Below, piece by piece: positions 1 through 14,096 of a DNA stretch of 64,000 nt. This DNA is from Rhizophagus irregularis (Eukaryota). Under the pieces are notes generated by a model. It was not told the DNA's origin and did no database searches. It was given only the letters and a program-made list of their open reading frames with translations. The DNA is taken from assembly GCF_026210795.1 (NCBI RefSeq), contig NC_089429.1:5766001-5830000 (forward strand). The letters are read 5' to 3'. Both the position numbers and the translations under genes were made by a program. How positions within the stretch are numbered: the stretch's first letter is position 1; every line of letters begins with the position of its first letter.

Positions 1-68
1 GAAATAATAATTATGACGACTTTTTTTTATTGATACTTACGGAATTATTCGAATATTTTCATTTTTAG

Positions 69-1248
69 ATATATTTATGGAGGAAGACTTTCTTTAGAGG
101 AATATGATACTTCGAATATTATTAAACTTTTAATTGCTTCCAATGAACTTAATCTACAAGAATTAATCACTCATTTACAATTATTTTTGATCAAAAACAA
201 AAAAGACTGGATGGTACAAAATTTTAGCTTGATATATAATACAAGCTTTGAGAAGGATTCTTTCTTGGAACTACAAAATTTTTGTAAAGAATTTATGTTT
301 AAAGAACCAAAAAAAATTTTTGATTCAAGAGATTTTACTTCGCTTCCAGAAAATTGTTTGATTACTCTTATTCAACATGAAAATTTTCAAAATAATGTTA
401 TTCAAGTTTGGGAACATGTACTTGAATGGGGTATTGCTAAAAATCCTGAACTTCCTTCAGATCCTTCTAATTATTCAAAAGATGATTTTAAGAACTTAAA
501 GAATACTTTACAACAATCAATTCCCTTTATTAAATTCAATAATTTGAGTCATCAAGAATTTTTGGATAAAGTATATCCATATAAAAAAATTTTACCAAAA
601 GATTTACGTGATGAATTAATTAGGCATTTTATAAACCAGTCAACTAATAGGCCAGAACCAAAGACTACCAAAGAAAATGATTCAAAAAATATTGATTCAA
701 AAATCATTACAAAACAGCATGCTGAATTAATCTCTAAATGGATTGATAAATTAGATATTAAGGACGAGATAGAAAATCCTTATGAATTCGAATTAATACT
801 TCGTGGATCTCGGGATGGATTCTCCCCTAAGAAATTCCATGAGATCTGTGATAATAAATCTCATACTATATCGATCATTAAAGTGAAAGGTAGCAATGAA
901 ATCCTTGGAGGTTATAATTCGATCATATGGAAATCTGATGATAAGTGGGGTACTACTAAAGATAGTTTTATATTCTCTTTTAAGAATAAGAATAGTATTA
1001 AAAATTATACTTTAAGTCGAGTAAAATCTGAGGTGTGTGCTATAGATAATGACCCTGCACACGGTCCATCATTTGGTTCTAGTGACCTTGAACTGTATGA
1101 AAACAATCGTGGAGGTGCGTTCGGTCCAGTACATTATGAAACATCGATTAGAAGCACCAATGGTGAATTTTCCGTAGAAGAATATGAAATATTTCAAATT
1201 ACGAAAGAATGTGAGCCTGAAGAGGAATCAAATTGTAATATATCTTAA
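69..1248 (+). CDS. BTB-BACK-TLDc protein, exon 2 only (exon 1 lies upstream of the window)
   Basis: Acceptor AG at 67-68, then (R)YIYGGRLSL; BACK-like segment VWEHVLEWGIAKNP; TLDc motifs LILRGSRDGF, FHEICDNK, ILGGYN, DSFIFSF, GPSFG, VEEYEIFQ; ends CNIS*. Confidence 0.9.
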
Positions 1249-2225
1249 AATTTTTTAAGGACATTCTATTTTATAAGTCTATAATTTATTGAACCCTCAA
1301 TCCAAGCGTATTTCATTATATTTATTACATTCCTTTTTAAATATTGAAGATTTAACGGCATGTTACTTAACATTGAAAAATAAGTTATTAGTATTATTAG
1401 TATATGATTAATTGATTGTTTCATATTTTTTTTTCTATGTAAAATCTAACAAAGAATTAATTAGAAGTTACTTATTTAAATTTTTCTAAAATCGGGAAAA
1501 TAATTGTTTTGAGTCAAACAAATAAATATTTAATTTACTCTTTATTCAAAATATGATATTAAAAAGGACATGAATAATCAGCTTTAATACAATTCATTAA
1601 AACTTTTATAGAATTCGGCCCGAGATTTTAATTCCAACCAGCACTATTATTGCCTGTTAATAATGCGTAAAAGGCGAATTCTTTTTTTTTTTACAAGAAT
1701 TAATAAAACCAAAATTGACACTTTAAGATTGCACAACGTATTGATACGGAAAATTTAAATTCGTTTATTTATTTAGGACCCGAAATATATATAAAAAGAC
1801 AAGGTGATAGCTGTACGCAGGACGGCAGGGTTATTACATCCTTCAGAAAATCGGAAAAATACGCAAATTAATTAATCATCATGTGATTCGCGTAAAAAGC
1901 GTACATTAAAATTTCAATTACATCTTTTCGACCAATATTAGAAACAGGGTGATGACTGATGAGTTAAAAGATTAAAGATTTTACATAAATTGTTAAACCC
2001 TTTATTTAAAAAAAAAAACTTGTTATGGTTATAAAAAATACGCATTTTAATAATCTGAACATGGCTGAAAAAGCCTCAGATTGTACGCAAATCAATAACC
2101 CTGTAAGATTTCTCAATTATTTAAATCTAATTTAGATTTAAAGTAGTGAATTTGAGAAATGAAAATTATTGTCCATAATATTATTAATAAATTTTCAAGT
2201 AAAATATTTGAGTTTTGCTAACTTA

Positions 2226-2452
2226 TCCCCTGGGTTAAATAACCTGGGTTAAATCACCCCCCTAAAAATTTATATTTTACATGATTTTTGCCAATTATTT
2301 TTTTAAAAAAAAAATTTCAGAAAAATAAAAGATTTTATTTTATTTGAACATTTTTTGACAATGTCTCTGATGTTTAAATTTGGGCAAAATTATATAATTA
2401 TATAAAATTTACTAGTAAATTAAATCACCCAGGTTAAATCACCCTGGGTTAA
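2226..2452. repeat. Cluster of (T)GGGTTAAATCACCC-type short repeats; probable DNA-transposon (MULE-like) terminal relic
   Basis: Motif copies at ~2231-2260 and ~2421-2452, separated by an AT-rich spacer; no TSD identified. Confidence 0.4.
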
Positions 2453-2599
2453 AATTAATCTTATACTAATTAAAATTCTTGTTAAATTCTATAAAATAAC
2501 CCGTAGAAATGTTCAGTATATGTTGCTCTATCATTTTATCGGTTTAGTTTTTTCTTTTTACTATTCAATTTACAATTTATAAAAATTTGAAATCACATA

Positions 2600-3350
2600 A
2601 TATTAGTGTGGTTTATGGGTGACAGCCACCATAGCGCTAATAATATTACGTTAACAAGAAATGGACGGGATTACTTCAGAATGTTTAACTCAAGTCTAAC
2701 TTTACGCGAGAGAATAGTTGGCAGGCGATCAAAAATTGCAAGAAGGAAATAAGGCACCTGATCACGAAATTATTAAGAAACAGGTCAGGAAGTATGGCGA
2801 TCGTTTTGCAAAAATTATTGAATAAATATATTCTAATATATTTCAACAATGAGAACGATATGATGAAGGCCATATACGATTATGCAATAGAAGACGATTC
2901 AGGAACCGGTTTACAAGTTAAAAAGCAGGATGAACTAATAGACAAAGATGGTGGTTTTAAGAATCGGAGAACTCGTAAGACATCAACCAATAACGATAGT
3001 TCTCTATCAGAGGACGAACAATTTCTCGAAGCAATGGACAGTCTAACGGGTTTGAGGTTCCTAACACTAACACGGTAGAAGATGTTAATAAATTGAATTC
3101 GGAATTTAGTAAGACATTGATGACATAGCAACAAGTTCAAAAGGTAAAGGTAAGTAACTGAGTCAGAAAGTAGTGAATTTAATGAACAAAGAATCTTATG
3201 TATTAGTAGTTTAGATTTATAGGTAGATACTATTGACGCAATATATTTACTTTGTATTTACGTTGATATGGGATTAATTAGTACGAATTAGTACGATTGA
3301 GTAATTATCTCTATACTAATAAAGTTTTAATTAAAAAAAGAAAAAAAAGA
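2600..3350 (+). mobile_element. Probable internally deleted non-LTR retrotransposon relic (ORF1-like fragment, A-rich tail)
   Basis: Intronless broken coding-like stretch (ORF 2794-3078, KYILIYFNNENDMMKAIY, continuing out of frame as KDIDDIATSSKGKGK), relatively GC-rich, followed by an A-rich tract at ~3333-3350. The family assignment is from recalled resemblance only. Confidence 0.35.
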
Positions 3351-4523
3351 TTAAGTCCGACTGAAGTGCCATTTTTGTTGTACAATGTCACGTGCGAAGG
3401 AAAAAAGTATCTTTTATATTATTTTTCTTAATAGACATATATTACATATACTTATGAGTTATGATTATTACACTTTATCCGGGCGGATATTCAGAACGTT
3501 TGCGTAGTAATATATAGTCCTTCGTTATACTTCGGACTAATAATTCAAGATTGAAGATTTTAACCATTCTACGACCTCTTAATAATTGTTCAAATACATT
3601 CTATATTTTTGTGACTTCAAGAACGGAATAAATAGTAATTGACAGCACCTTGTTCGGCTGGGCTTGGGCTTGCAAAGATCTATTATACAGTATTACAATT
3701 ATACAATATATGAATATATGAGGAAACCAACTGAATACGTTGTAATATCTACATATTTAAAAGCAAAAAATTTTATAATATTCTTATTACACATTTTGCA
3801 CGTTAGCAAGAAATAATTTTTTTATAATACTAATTTGTTTTGAATTATATATGAGTTATTGGTTAGGAGTAAATATCGGTCACTAAAACTAAAGATGCCA
3901 GTGTAATCTTCATGTATTAAATATGTGTATTTATTTGCTTGAAAATTGTAATTAAACAAATAGAGCAATTTACTAGTATTTATCTGTATTACGTTCTTTT
4001 AAATGATATCTAAAAAAAATCAAAACTTTAATTCCTTAATAAAGAAATTATTACTTTAAATACAAAATATTCAATTTTTTTTTATTCTTCTACTCATAAT
4101 AATATTTAATTTACAAATATTCGTTCTTATAATGATAAAATTTTATAAAATTGATTTAATGGTAAACTTAATATCTCAAATTTATAGATATTATCACGTA
4201 AAAAAAAAAATAGTATTATAAAACGAACGAAAATTTTCAAGCTTTTTTTTAATAAATGGATTTTAGAAATAATGTATTAATTATATAAATCTTTCATACA
4301 TAACCGTAATAAATTTCGTGATAGTCTTGTAAGTGTTTAATGGTCTAAGCATTAAAGACGTTTTGCTGGGACGTTAAATATTTTGAAGATAAATGCGTCA
4401 TCATAAACAAGTGATTCGGTGTTTCGGTGTTTCCGGGCCGAAGGATTTTCCGCACTGTATATAAGGTCAGCCATTCAACAAATTAAGGACAACATTTCCT
4501 TTCATTTCTTGAAAAAACGAAAT

Positions 4524-6103
4524 ATGACTATAATGAACAATAATGAATTTTTATCAAAACTATCACAAAATTTACTTGAAATTTTAGAAGATAATGAATT
4601 TTATGATATAACAATTGAAGTTGGTAATGATCCTTATGTAAAAATTTTTCGAGCTCATATGGTTATTTTAAATTATCGTTCTCCTTATTTGCGAAGAATC
4701 TTATCAACTAGAGTTAATAGAAATAATAATGATGGAAGTTTAACTCATATTAGATTACCAAATATTTCACCGGAAATTTTTCAAACGATCTTAAGGTGAG
4801 AGGAATGAAATAATAAATTATAACAATTCTTTTATTTAAAAAACCCTACGTACTTACAGAATTATTCAAATATTTTAATTTTAGATATATCTATGGAGGA
4901 AGCCTTCTTTTAAAAGGATATGATATTTCGGATATTATTAAAATTTTAATTGCTTCCAGTGAACTTGGTCTTCAAGAATTAATCATTCATTTACAATTAT
5001 TTTTGATTGAAAATAGGAAAAATTGGATGAAACAAAATTTTAGTTTGATATATAAAACAAGTTTTGAGAATAATTCTTTTTTGAAATTACAAGATTTTTG
5101 TAAAGAATTCATATTTAATGAACCGGAAAAATTTTTTAATTCAAACGATTTTACTTCGCTTCCGGAAAGTTGTGTGATTTCTCTTATTCAACATAAAAAT
5201 TTTCAAAAGAATGTTATTCAAGTTTGGGAACATGTACTAAAATGGGGTATCGCTCAAAATCCAGAACTTCCTTCAGATCCTTCAAACTACTCAAAAAATG
5301 ATCTTAACACTTTAAGGGATACTTTACAACAATGTACTCGTTTTATTAAATTCTTTGATTTAAACCATAAAGAATTTTTGGATAACGTTTATCCGTATAA
5401 GAAGGTTTTACCAAAAGACTTACGTGAGAATTTAATCAAACATTTTATAAATCAACCAGATAATAAGCCAGAACCAAAGATAACTAAAGAAATTAGTTCA
5501 AAAAATACTATGGATTCAAAAATCATCACAATTCAACATGCTGAATTAATCTCTAAATGGATTGATAAATTAGAAATTACGGACGAGATAAAAAATCCAT
5601 ATGAATTCAAATTAATACTTCGTGGATCTCGTGATGGATTCTCACCTAGGAAATTCCATGAAATTTGTGATAATCAATCTCATACTATATCAATTATTAA
5701 AGTGGAAGATAGTAATGAAATTCTTGGAGGATATAATCCGATCATATGGAAATCTGATTATAGTTATGGCAATACTATGGATAGTTTTATATTTTCGTTT
5801 AGGAATAAGGAAAATATTGAAGATTATATTTTAAGCCGAGTAAAGGATGAAACTCTTGCTATATTTAATTCCGCTTGTCGCGGTCCAGCATTTGATTTTG
5901 ATCTTGTTTTGAATGGAAACAAACGTGGAAGTACGTTGCTTAGTCCACCATGTTATGAAAAACCGATTAGAAAAATTAATGGTAGTTTTAACGTAGAAGA
6001 ATATGAAATATTTCAAATTACCGAAGGAAGTGAAGAATATGAAATGTTTCAAATTACGAAGGGAAGTGAGCCTAAGGGGGACTCAAATTGTAATATATCT
6101 TGA
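4524..6103 (+). CDS. BTB-BACK-TLDc protein, 2 exons (4524-4795, 4885-6103), ~496 aa
   Basis: BTB motif YDITIEVGNDPYVKIFRAHMVILNYRSPYL; GT-AG intron 4796-4884; complete TLDc motifs; close paralogue of the gene at 69-1248; ends CNIS*. Confidence 0.92.
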
Positions 6104-8363
6104 AATTTTTTAGTACATTCTATTTATTTTTTATACTGATTTAAAATACCGTATCTCATCAATTAGCAGCTCTTTATAACAATTTCATTATCATAACTAT
6201 TGTTTTTTTTTGTTTTCATCATTCTCATAAATTATTGGCATGGTGATTATTATTATTATTATTATTAAACAATTAAAATTGATATTACGGCAAAATGAAA
6301 TATCATATTAGTAACATAAAAGTTATACAATATGGTGATAGTACTTAGAATAATCATATAGGTCTTTCCTTTTTTGCCTATGCAAAATATTCATCCTACT
6401 CGCGCAATACATATCTAGTCATGATATTATTGGAAAATATTTCATATACATGAATTCTAAGTTTCTACGGTCTAAATTAACAAATGATTCTGCTGAATAA
6501 AATAAAATGGGAATCATTGAGACATGCGATGACAGAAATAAATTAACCATAATAAGTTATGCTTGTCTGTTCGTGACGTTAATTAATTTCTCGAAAATTC
6601 TATAAAAAAAAACAAAAGTTGCTTCACATTGCAAAAGTACAACCACAGACGAAGTAATCGTCTCTTCGTCTCTTCCATAATAATTTCTCGCTAGCTTTCT
6701 CGGTGTGCTTTCTTTAAACTAGTCCATAATGATTTTGTTTAGATTCGTTATGATTATGTCGCAAATATAGTCCAAAAACTACAGTCGTACAGACAGACGT
6801 ATACAAATTTGATTTTCGTACTTTTTTTCGCAATAAATGATGTCACATTTTTTTTATTGATTAATTGTGTACTCTTTTTTAAAATTTTTAAGTATGTATC
6901 AACGATTAGTGAATTGAGGCATCATGATTGAATTGATTAATCATTGATTGTTCAAATGTATCAAAATCGATAATATAATTCTTACTCGGTCAAATCACAT
7001 TTTTGTAATCGGCATCATTATAAAATTTCCAATTTGAAAAGTTTCATGTCAAATGTTAAATTACTTCTTTTAATATGCTAAAATAACAATTATTTCTTGC
7101 TACATAGAGAATTGACTATGAACTTGTAAATTAAAATTATCTGAGACATATCACATTATCGCAATGAGTTCTTCATAATTTGAATTTTTCCTAATGGTAG
7201 GTGATTTTTATATTTAGGGAGAGAGTTAGCATACGCGTTAAAGGGTTCACGGCGGTTATCATTCCTGTTGTATAGGACTAGTAGACTGTCAACGACCTAT
7301 GGAGCAACGAATTTTGATTCAAGGTATTATAATGATATTTTAAATATTTTAGTATTTTATTTTTTTCAGTTTAAAAAAATAAAAAGTTTTTAAACCGAAA
7401 TTTTTTCTTTATTTTATTTACTTTTTTGATCTTTTGAACAGAAATATTTTTTTATTTTATTTTCTTAGTTTTTTGAACCAAAAATTTTTTAAATTTTTTT
7501 TTTTTTGGTATATTTCTTATTAAACCGAATTTTTTATTTTATTAAAGACAAAGTAAAATTTATAAGATATTTGGAAAGGAAAGAAAGAAGAAAATCAAAA
7601 AAAAAAGACGAAAATAGATTACAAGACTATGTTTAATTACTATTAATAAATCTTTATAATAATTATAGTAATTGAAACATATTGAACATATTATTCAGTT
7701 GATTTTTTATAAATAAAAAATTAATTTTTTAACGCAATACGAACATTTATTAATTATCAATGATTGAAATAATTTATGCCGCAAACCCCGATGATCTGGA
7801 GCAAAACTTCAAATAGACAATCCCGTTTCAAACCAAAACTAGTCAGCCAACCACAAAGAAATAGATAATCGTAATTATTAACACGAAATACCAAAACGAT
7901 TTGAAGAATGAAAGAAAATGGGTTAAACATGCCGTATACGACTTAAAAGTGACAAGAACATATTTCAAAAATAGACGAATTTTTAACTTCATCTTTTATG
8001 ATAAATATTTAATCACGAAATAAGGAAAATTCTGAGAGGAATCACATGAATTACAGTTAATACTTTTTATTTTTTTACATACATTTATTTAGATTTTTTT
8101 TTTTTTTAAAAATACATTTATTTAGATTTAATTATCATTTTTTTATGTATAGGAAATAATTTTCTTATGTAAACGAAATTTTATTTTTTAAAAAAAAAAT
8201 TCTAATAGTATTGTAAAAATCAAAAATTAAGCTCTCTTCTAATAATTACCACTGTAGAAAAATTTTTTAACATAAATTTATATCAAATAACCCTTTCTGA
8301 CATATAAATAATTGAATTTTATTTTGTAAAGATTTAACAAAAAAATGGAGATGTATTTAGTAA

Positions 8364-9864
8364 TTATTTTTTAATTACTTGAAATACTTCATATTTTTCC
8401 ACCTTAAAACTTTCTGGAATTCCTATTTTAGGATAAGCAAAATTAGCATCACTAATATCAGAATGATAAAATGTCCAGTTGTCGGTACCGTTACAATAGA
8501 AATTGCCCATGTGTGGTCCTTGATTACTCTCGCAATAAATAGCACAACTTGCATTGTTGTCATTAACATAACTTAGTTTTGCAGTAGAAATACTTTTTCC
8601 ATCTATAATATTATTAAACAGAAAACTATCTGTAGTGTTTTTCCAAACACCATTTCCATCCCAATCAAGTGGATTATATCCTCCAATTAATTGTGTTGTA
8701 CCTTGAATTTTTGCTATCCAAATTGTAGCTCCTTTATTGTCACAATTTCTATGAAATGATGCAGCATCAAATCCATCTCTACTTGAACAATATATTAACT
8801 TAAATCCATAAGGAATATCATTTTTTTTATAAAAATCTTTTCTATCAATCCATGAAGCAAACAGTGGGATATGATTTGATTCAATTAAGGTTGAATCAAG
8901 TTTAAATTTTAAGTTTGGCTTTCTTGAAGGTGCTACATTAGTTTTAGGTTTTATATTAGGGACTATATGAAATTCTAAAAGATTATGAATTAAATCTTGA
9001 GGCAATATTTCTTTATAACAATAAACTTTATAAAAGAAATCTGCAGGGTTAATATCATAGAATCTAATTAAAGGAATAAATCTGTGTAATGATCTCTCAA
9101 TTTTTATAGCATCATCTTTACTCCATTTGGTAGGATCATTTAACATATTTTGCTGAGCAAAACACCATTTCAATAAACCTTCCCAAATCTCAATTTCCTC
9201 CATATTTAAATTATCTCGTTTAATCAACATTTCCAATAATGGAGCCTTTAAATCAGTAAATTTATCTGAATTAAATAAAATTTTAGGTTCTTCACAAATT
9301 TTTTCAAGACAAAAATTCCATAAATCCGTAAATGTTTCATATTGATAAATAGTTTCAAGAATACCAGTTGGATTTTGATGCAAAAATTCGGTTTGATGTT
9401 CAATTAAATATTCTTGAATATAAGAAATCAATCGTTGAATATTAAGTTCATCCACTGCTATCAAAAGTTTCAATACTTCAGGACCTTGTAAATTTTTCAA
9501 TTCAATATTTCCACAATAAATAAATCTAATAAATTATTATTAACAAAATATATAGTGTTAATTGAATACAAATAAAATTTTCATTGTTAATATTTTCTAT
9601 ACATTACCTGAGAATGATATTAAATAAGCAAGGAGAAATATTTGGTTTCCTTAAAATAAATTTTCCATCTTTTTTCTCAGCCCATTCATTAGAAAATGCA
9701 GAACGAAAATATTGAGACCTGATACACAAAATATTTGAATGAGCATGAATTTCTTTAACGTTTGACTCCTCTCCAGCATAAATGATAACATCATATCCTA
9801 ATTCTGTTTCAAAAAGTTTTTCATAATCACTTGATAATTCTGCCAAAAATTTTGAAGACGTCAT
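8364..9864 (-). CDS. BTB-BACK-TLDc protein of a divergent subfamily, 2 exons (9864-9608, 9525-8364), ~472 aa
   Basis: YDVIIYAGEESNVKEIHAHSNILCIRSQYF BTB motif; intron at the same position (ILR/FIYCG); SSRDGF, FHRNCDNKG, LIGGYNP, VEKYEVFQV. Confidence 0.92.
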
Positions 9865-12156
9865 TTTAAAATGTTTTAAGAAAAAAAAAAAATATGAATT
9901 TATACTAGCTAGTTATGCATATTGTCGATCCATAATCAAAACCAATTCCCTTAAAAATTCTCATTTATTGAATTTTTGAAAATTTTCTTTATTGGAATTT
10001 TTAAATTTCTGTTCAAAATATTCAGATTAACTAAATCACACCTACTTATTAGATCAAATCAACTAATACATGTTTCTTCATTAGATATTTATAAAAATAT
10101 AAAATATAATTATAACAATCACTATCCATTGACCTATGCGGACATCAATTTTGGATTTTACAGTTTCTAAAATTTTCTATATTTATATCCTAACTATTTA
10201 TAAAAAAAAAAGATCTCAAATCCATAATTATGTATGTATGTATTGTATTTGTAAGATAAAAGTGAACAAGCGTATGAAATAATAAAAATAAAGAATTTTT
10301 ATAAATAAAGATTCAAATTGTTATTGTTTGAATGTAAGCTAATGTATTATGTATATATTAATCTAAAAACTGCTAATACTCTTAATACATTTGATCTTTT
10401 TATACGTATATACAGTAAAAGAGTCTATACAAATTATGATAATAAGATATCTAAATAAATCGAGACAAATGTTGAACTTGTATAAAAAAAATTATAATCA
10501 TAATTGATTGTAACTCATCATTCAAATTTATATTTTGAAAAAGTAATGACCTTTTATCGAATAATGTTACTTACCTATTCCTCTAAGACCTATAAAAAAA
10601 ATAAATTAGAACTGATACTAAACATGTATATAGTGAATAGTAATAAGATATATGAATATCTCAAGATCCAAAATTCAAAAGAATATTTAGTTAGTTATTC
10701 TTAATGGTAGTTGTGTAAAGTGTTGTGAAATATATATTAATATATTATATGGATTGTGCCCATGCCAAATAAATAGTAGTTTATACTATTGACCCAGAAG
10801 TGGAAATAAACAAATTGAAGCTACCTGACGCACCAATATTAATCAAAATCTCGGACAAGTGTTTCATAAGAAAAATCGCCATATAATTTAGCAGGTCACG
10901 AAATCCAAATTCACTTATATACTAGGAATTATGATATTATGAATATAAAATATTTCCTGTGTAAGATCTCGATGAATTTGCATTACTATCATGAGACTCA
11001 ATTATGTCATAAGCTATATTTTTATGCTTGATATGAGTTAATAGAAATGTAATTTTGTAAATAAATTTAAAACATGCATCTATCAAACGTTCAAACCAAC
11101 TGAATTTCTATTAACATTTTCGCTTTTGAACATCACTTCATATGTTCCTGAATCCTGATCTTTCCAATTATTGCTCTTTAGGTTCTCAAATTATTCGTTT
11201 TGCATTAATTTTGAGAAATTCTCTGTAAAATACAATATTCAAAATATGATGTATTTATCTTCATGAAACCTGTAGTCCGTTAGATTGTCCTTCGTAGAAA
11301 TGTATTTGTTAATACAAGAGCTATTTACTACTTGACCATAATTTTTCACACTTTATTCATTCTCAATTTTTTACGCCTCATCAAAGATTAGGAGGATATG
11401 GTCTCAATTCAAAAAATATATCTCTTAATACTCTTAATACATAATTAAATAAATATCATATTTAAGATAAAAGATAAATAAATTTTCTTTTTGTTTTAAA
11501 ATTTACTCAATTTAAAATTGCATAATAAACTTTTCAAGATTATTATTATTGATTTACGTATATACAATAAAATTTTCGGATCCTTCAATTTTGATCATAT
11601 ATTATCTTCTCTATACGGATAATAGTATGAAATACCTTACATTACTTTAATTTACCATATTTACTATACAAAATTTTGCCTTTTGTAATTATTACCAGTC
11701 CTCGACAAGGTTCATTTAAACCAATCATAAATATTTCCTAGCATAAAGATAAAAAAAAGCTTATGTACGAACTATAATCTATATCCACCTTGATTTATTA
11801 AAATTTTTATTCCAAACTAATTTATTTCTGATATATAATTTGGCAATGATTTTTTTATTGCTATTTATTTTTTTTGAAAATACAGAAAAAAAATTATATG
11901 ATCTACAATTTTAATTTGTCATTTTTCATTTTAACCATTTCGGGTTATATTTATTTTTTATGATGATCAGCTGCTGCTTACGAATTTTCTTTGTTACTAA
12001 TTTTTGTATACAATAGTAGTACAAATAGTAATACAAATAAGGTAATACAAATTATTGAACTTCGTTCAATTCATAATTTTTTTCTTTTGCCCATAATAAT
12101 TCTGAAATTTATTTTATATAACTAAAATTAAAATTATAATCCACAGCTCAATTAAT

Positions 12157-14096
12157 ATGGACGAAACCCCCAAAAAATTATGGAAGGGTACTGATACAAG
12201 CAAATATCAGGTAATAGCAATTAATATTTTTAACAATCATAATTATTTTATTGAATTTTTGTAGTTAAAAAAATTAATAATTTTTTGTCTATTAAAAGCT
12301 CCATGTTACAATTCCTACTATTGATTCAACTATTGAATCAGAAAATGTAGATGAAAGAGTAGTTTATATAGGAGATTTAGAAAAAGAAGTCAAGCGTATG
12401 GAATATGTGGAGAATGTAAAGAACCTGGCACAGGATGGAAATGGTGTCAATCTTGTAATGCTAAAAGATTTAAAGATAACTTTAAAAATTGGACTAGTGG
12501 AAATAAAGATATTGATAAATTTATACAGCAAACACAAATTAATGCTGTACATTGTAAAAAATATCTTGAATGGATACCTTTTGAAAAATTTCAAAATATC
12601 ACTTATATTGCGGAAGGTGGCTTTGGTAAGATTTATTCAGCTGAATGGCCTGAAGGATATATCAGTTATTGGGATATTGAAAATCAAAGTTGGTGTAGAT
12701 ACACGACTAATAAATATGCATTGAAAAGTTTGAATAATTCTTCCGATATATGTCCAGATTTTTTAAATGAGGTAATTTAAACTTACTTTTTCTTATATAT
12801 AAAGTTTGTTAATTGCATTTATTTATTAATAAAATCTTACCTTTTTAATGATATTAGATTAAATCTCATCTTCAGGTTTATCTTGTAGATATTGTTCCAT
12901 GTTATGGAATTACTCAAGATCCAAATAATAAAGAGTATATGATGGTTATAAAATATTGTAATGATGGAAATTTGAGAAATTATTTAAATAAATCTAAAAA
13001 TTATATAAATTATAATTCAAAAATTGATAAATTACAACAAATTGCGAGAGGACTTTTAGATATTCATAATGCTGAAAAAGTTCACAAAGATTTTCATTCA
13101 GGCAATATATTATTTTCAATTTCTCCATTTATAAGTGATTTAGGAATGTGTCAACCAGCAAATATAAAGCAAACAGTTAAAGAAGAAGGAATTTATGGAG
13201 TATTACCATATATGGCACCAGAAGTTTTACGTGGACAACAATATACAAAATCAGCAGATATTTACTCATTTGGAATAATAATGAACGAATTTCTTTCTGA
13301 AGAAATTCCTTTTAATGATATTCCTCATGATGAATTTTTAGCTATTAAAATATGTAAAGGACTTAGACCAACAATTTCTAAAGACATACCAAAGTTACTT
13401 GCAGATTTGATAATAAAATGTTGGGATGCTAAAATAAAAAATAGACCAACCACTAAAGAATTGTATCAACTATTAAAGAAATGGTATGTTGAGATTAAAG
13501 TTATTGAATATAGTGAAGATAGTAAAGATGGTGAAGATGGCAAAAATATTGAAAATGGTGACAATAATCAAAATAGTGAAATATATTTTCAATTAAAAGA
13601 ATGTGATAAAATTAGAAAAGAAAAAATCAAAAACAGGTCAAATGAAGATAAATCCAAAAGCTTCCAAATGCATCCACAAGCAATTTATACTAGTAGACTT
13701 TTAAATTTCAAAAATCTTCCAAAACCAGTAAATTCTTTAGATTTATCATCTTTTCAATTCAATTCAGGTAATTAAATTTTAATTTTGTTTTATCATATAA
13801 TCCATTTTACACTATTAATGTTATTTTTATTTTTAATAGACACTAGTTATATTGCTCAATCAACATCAGAAAATCAAAGTAAGAATTCCCTTTATTACCT
13901 TTATTAATTATTTTATTTAAATTTATTAACGTTTAAATACTATAAATATACAGTTTCAGAATGCTTAGATGTTCAATTAAGTGAATTAGGTAAGTTATTA
14001 TTATTTGTAATTTTATTAGTATTCTATATTTTATTTATTTTTTTTTTTATAGAACTAAATGAAATTTGTCAAGATGATGAACATAATATTGAATGA
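12157..14096 (+). CDS. TKL-like protein kinase, 6 exons (12157-12210, 12299-12771, 12858-13767, 13840-13878, 13954-13989, 14053-14096), with a 1-nt frameshift near 12385
   Basis: CGEC...WCQSC and NWTSGN N-terminal module; AEGGFG, ALK, HKDFHSGN, SDLG, YMAPE, DIYSFG, CWDA..RP; canonical splice sites. Exon 2 needs one extra A in the A5 run at 12381-12385. Confidence 0.85.

Noticed and set aside
1950..1990. CTGATGAG hammerhead-like core
   Set aside because: No stem II or GAAA follows.
2108..2160. AT-rich imperfect palindrome
   Set aside because: Short, low complexity, no TSD or second copy seen.
4419..4523. Upstream extensions of ORF-track calls (also 25793, 36038, 51886)
   Set aside because: Mostly non-ATG starts or homopolymer-rich leaders; paralogue comparison supports the downstream ATGs.
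7215..7325. GC-richer island, possible ncRNA
   Set aside because: No tRNA, snRNA or ribozyme fold could be assigned.
10730..11400. Coding-like decayed sequence
   Set aside because: Stops in all frames and no recognisable motif.
12398..12724. 108-aa ORF
   Set aside because: Off-frame reading of kinase exon 2 caused by the frameshift.
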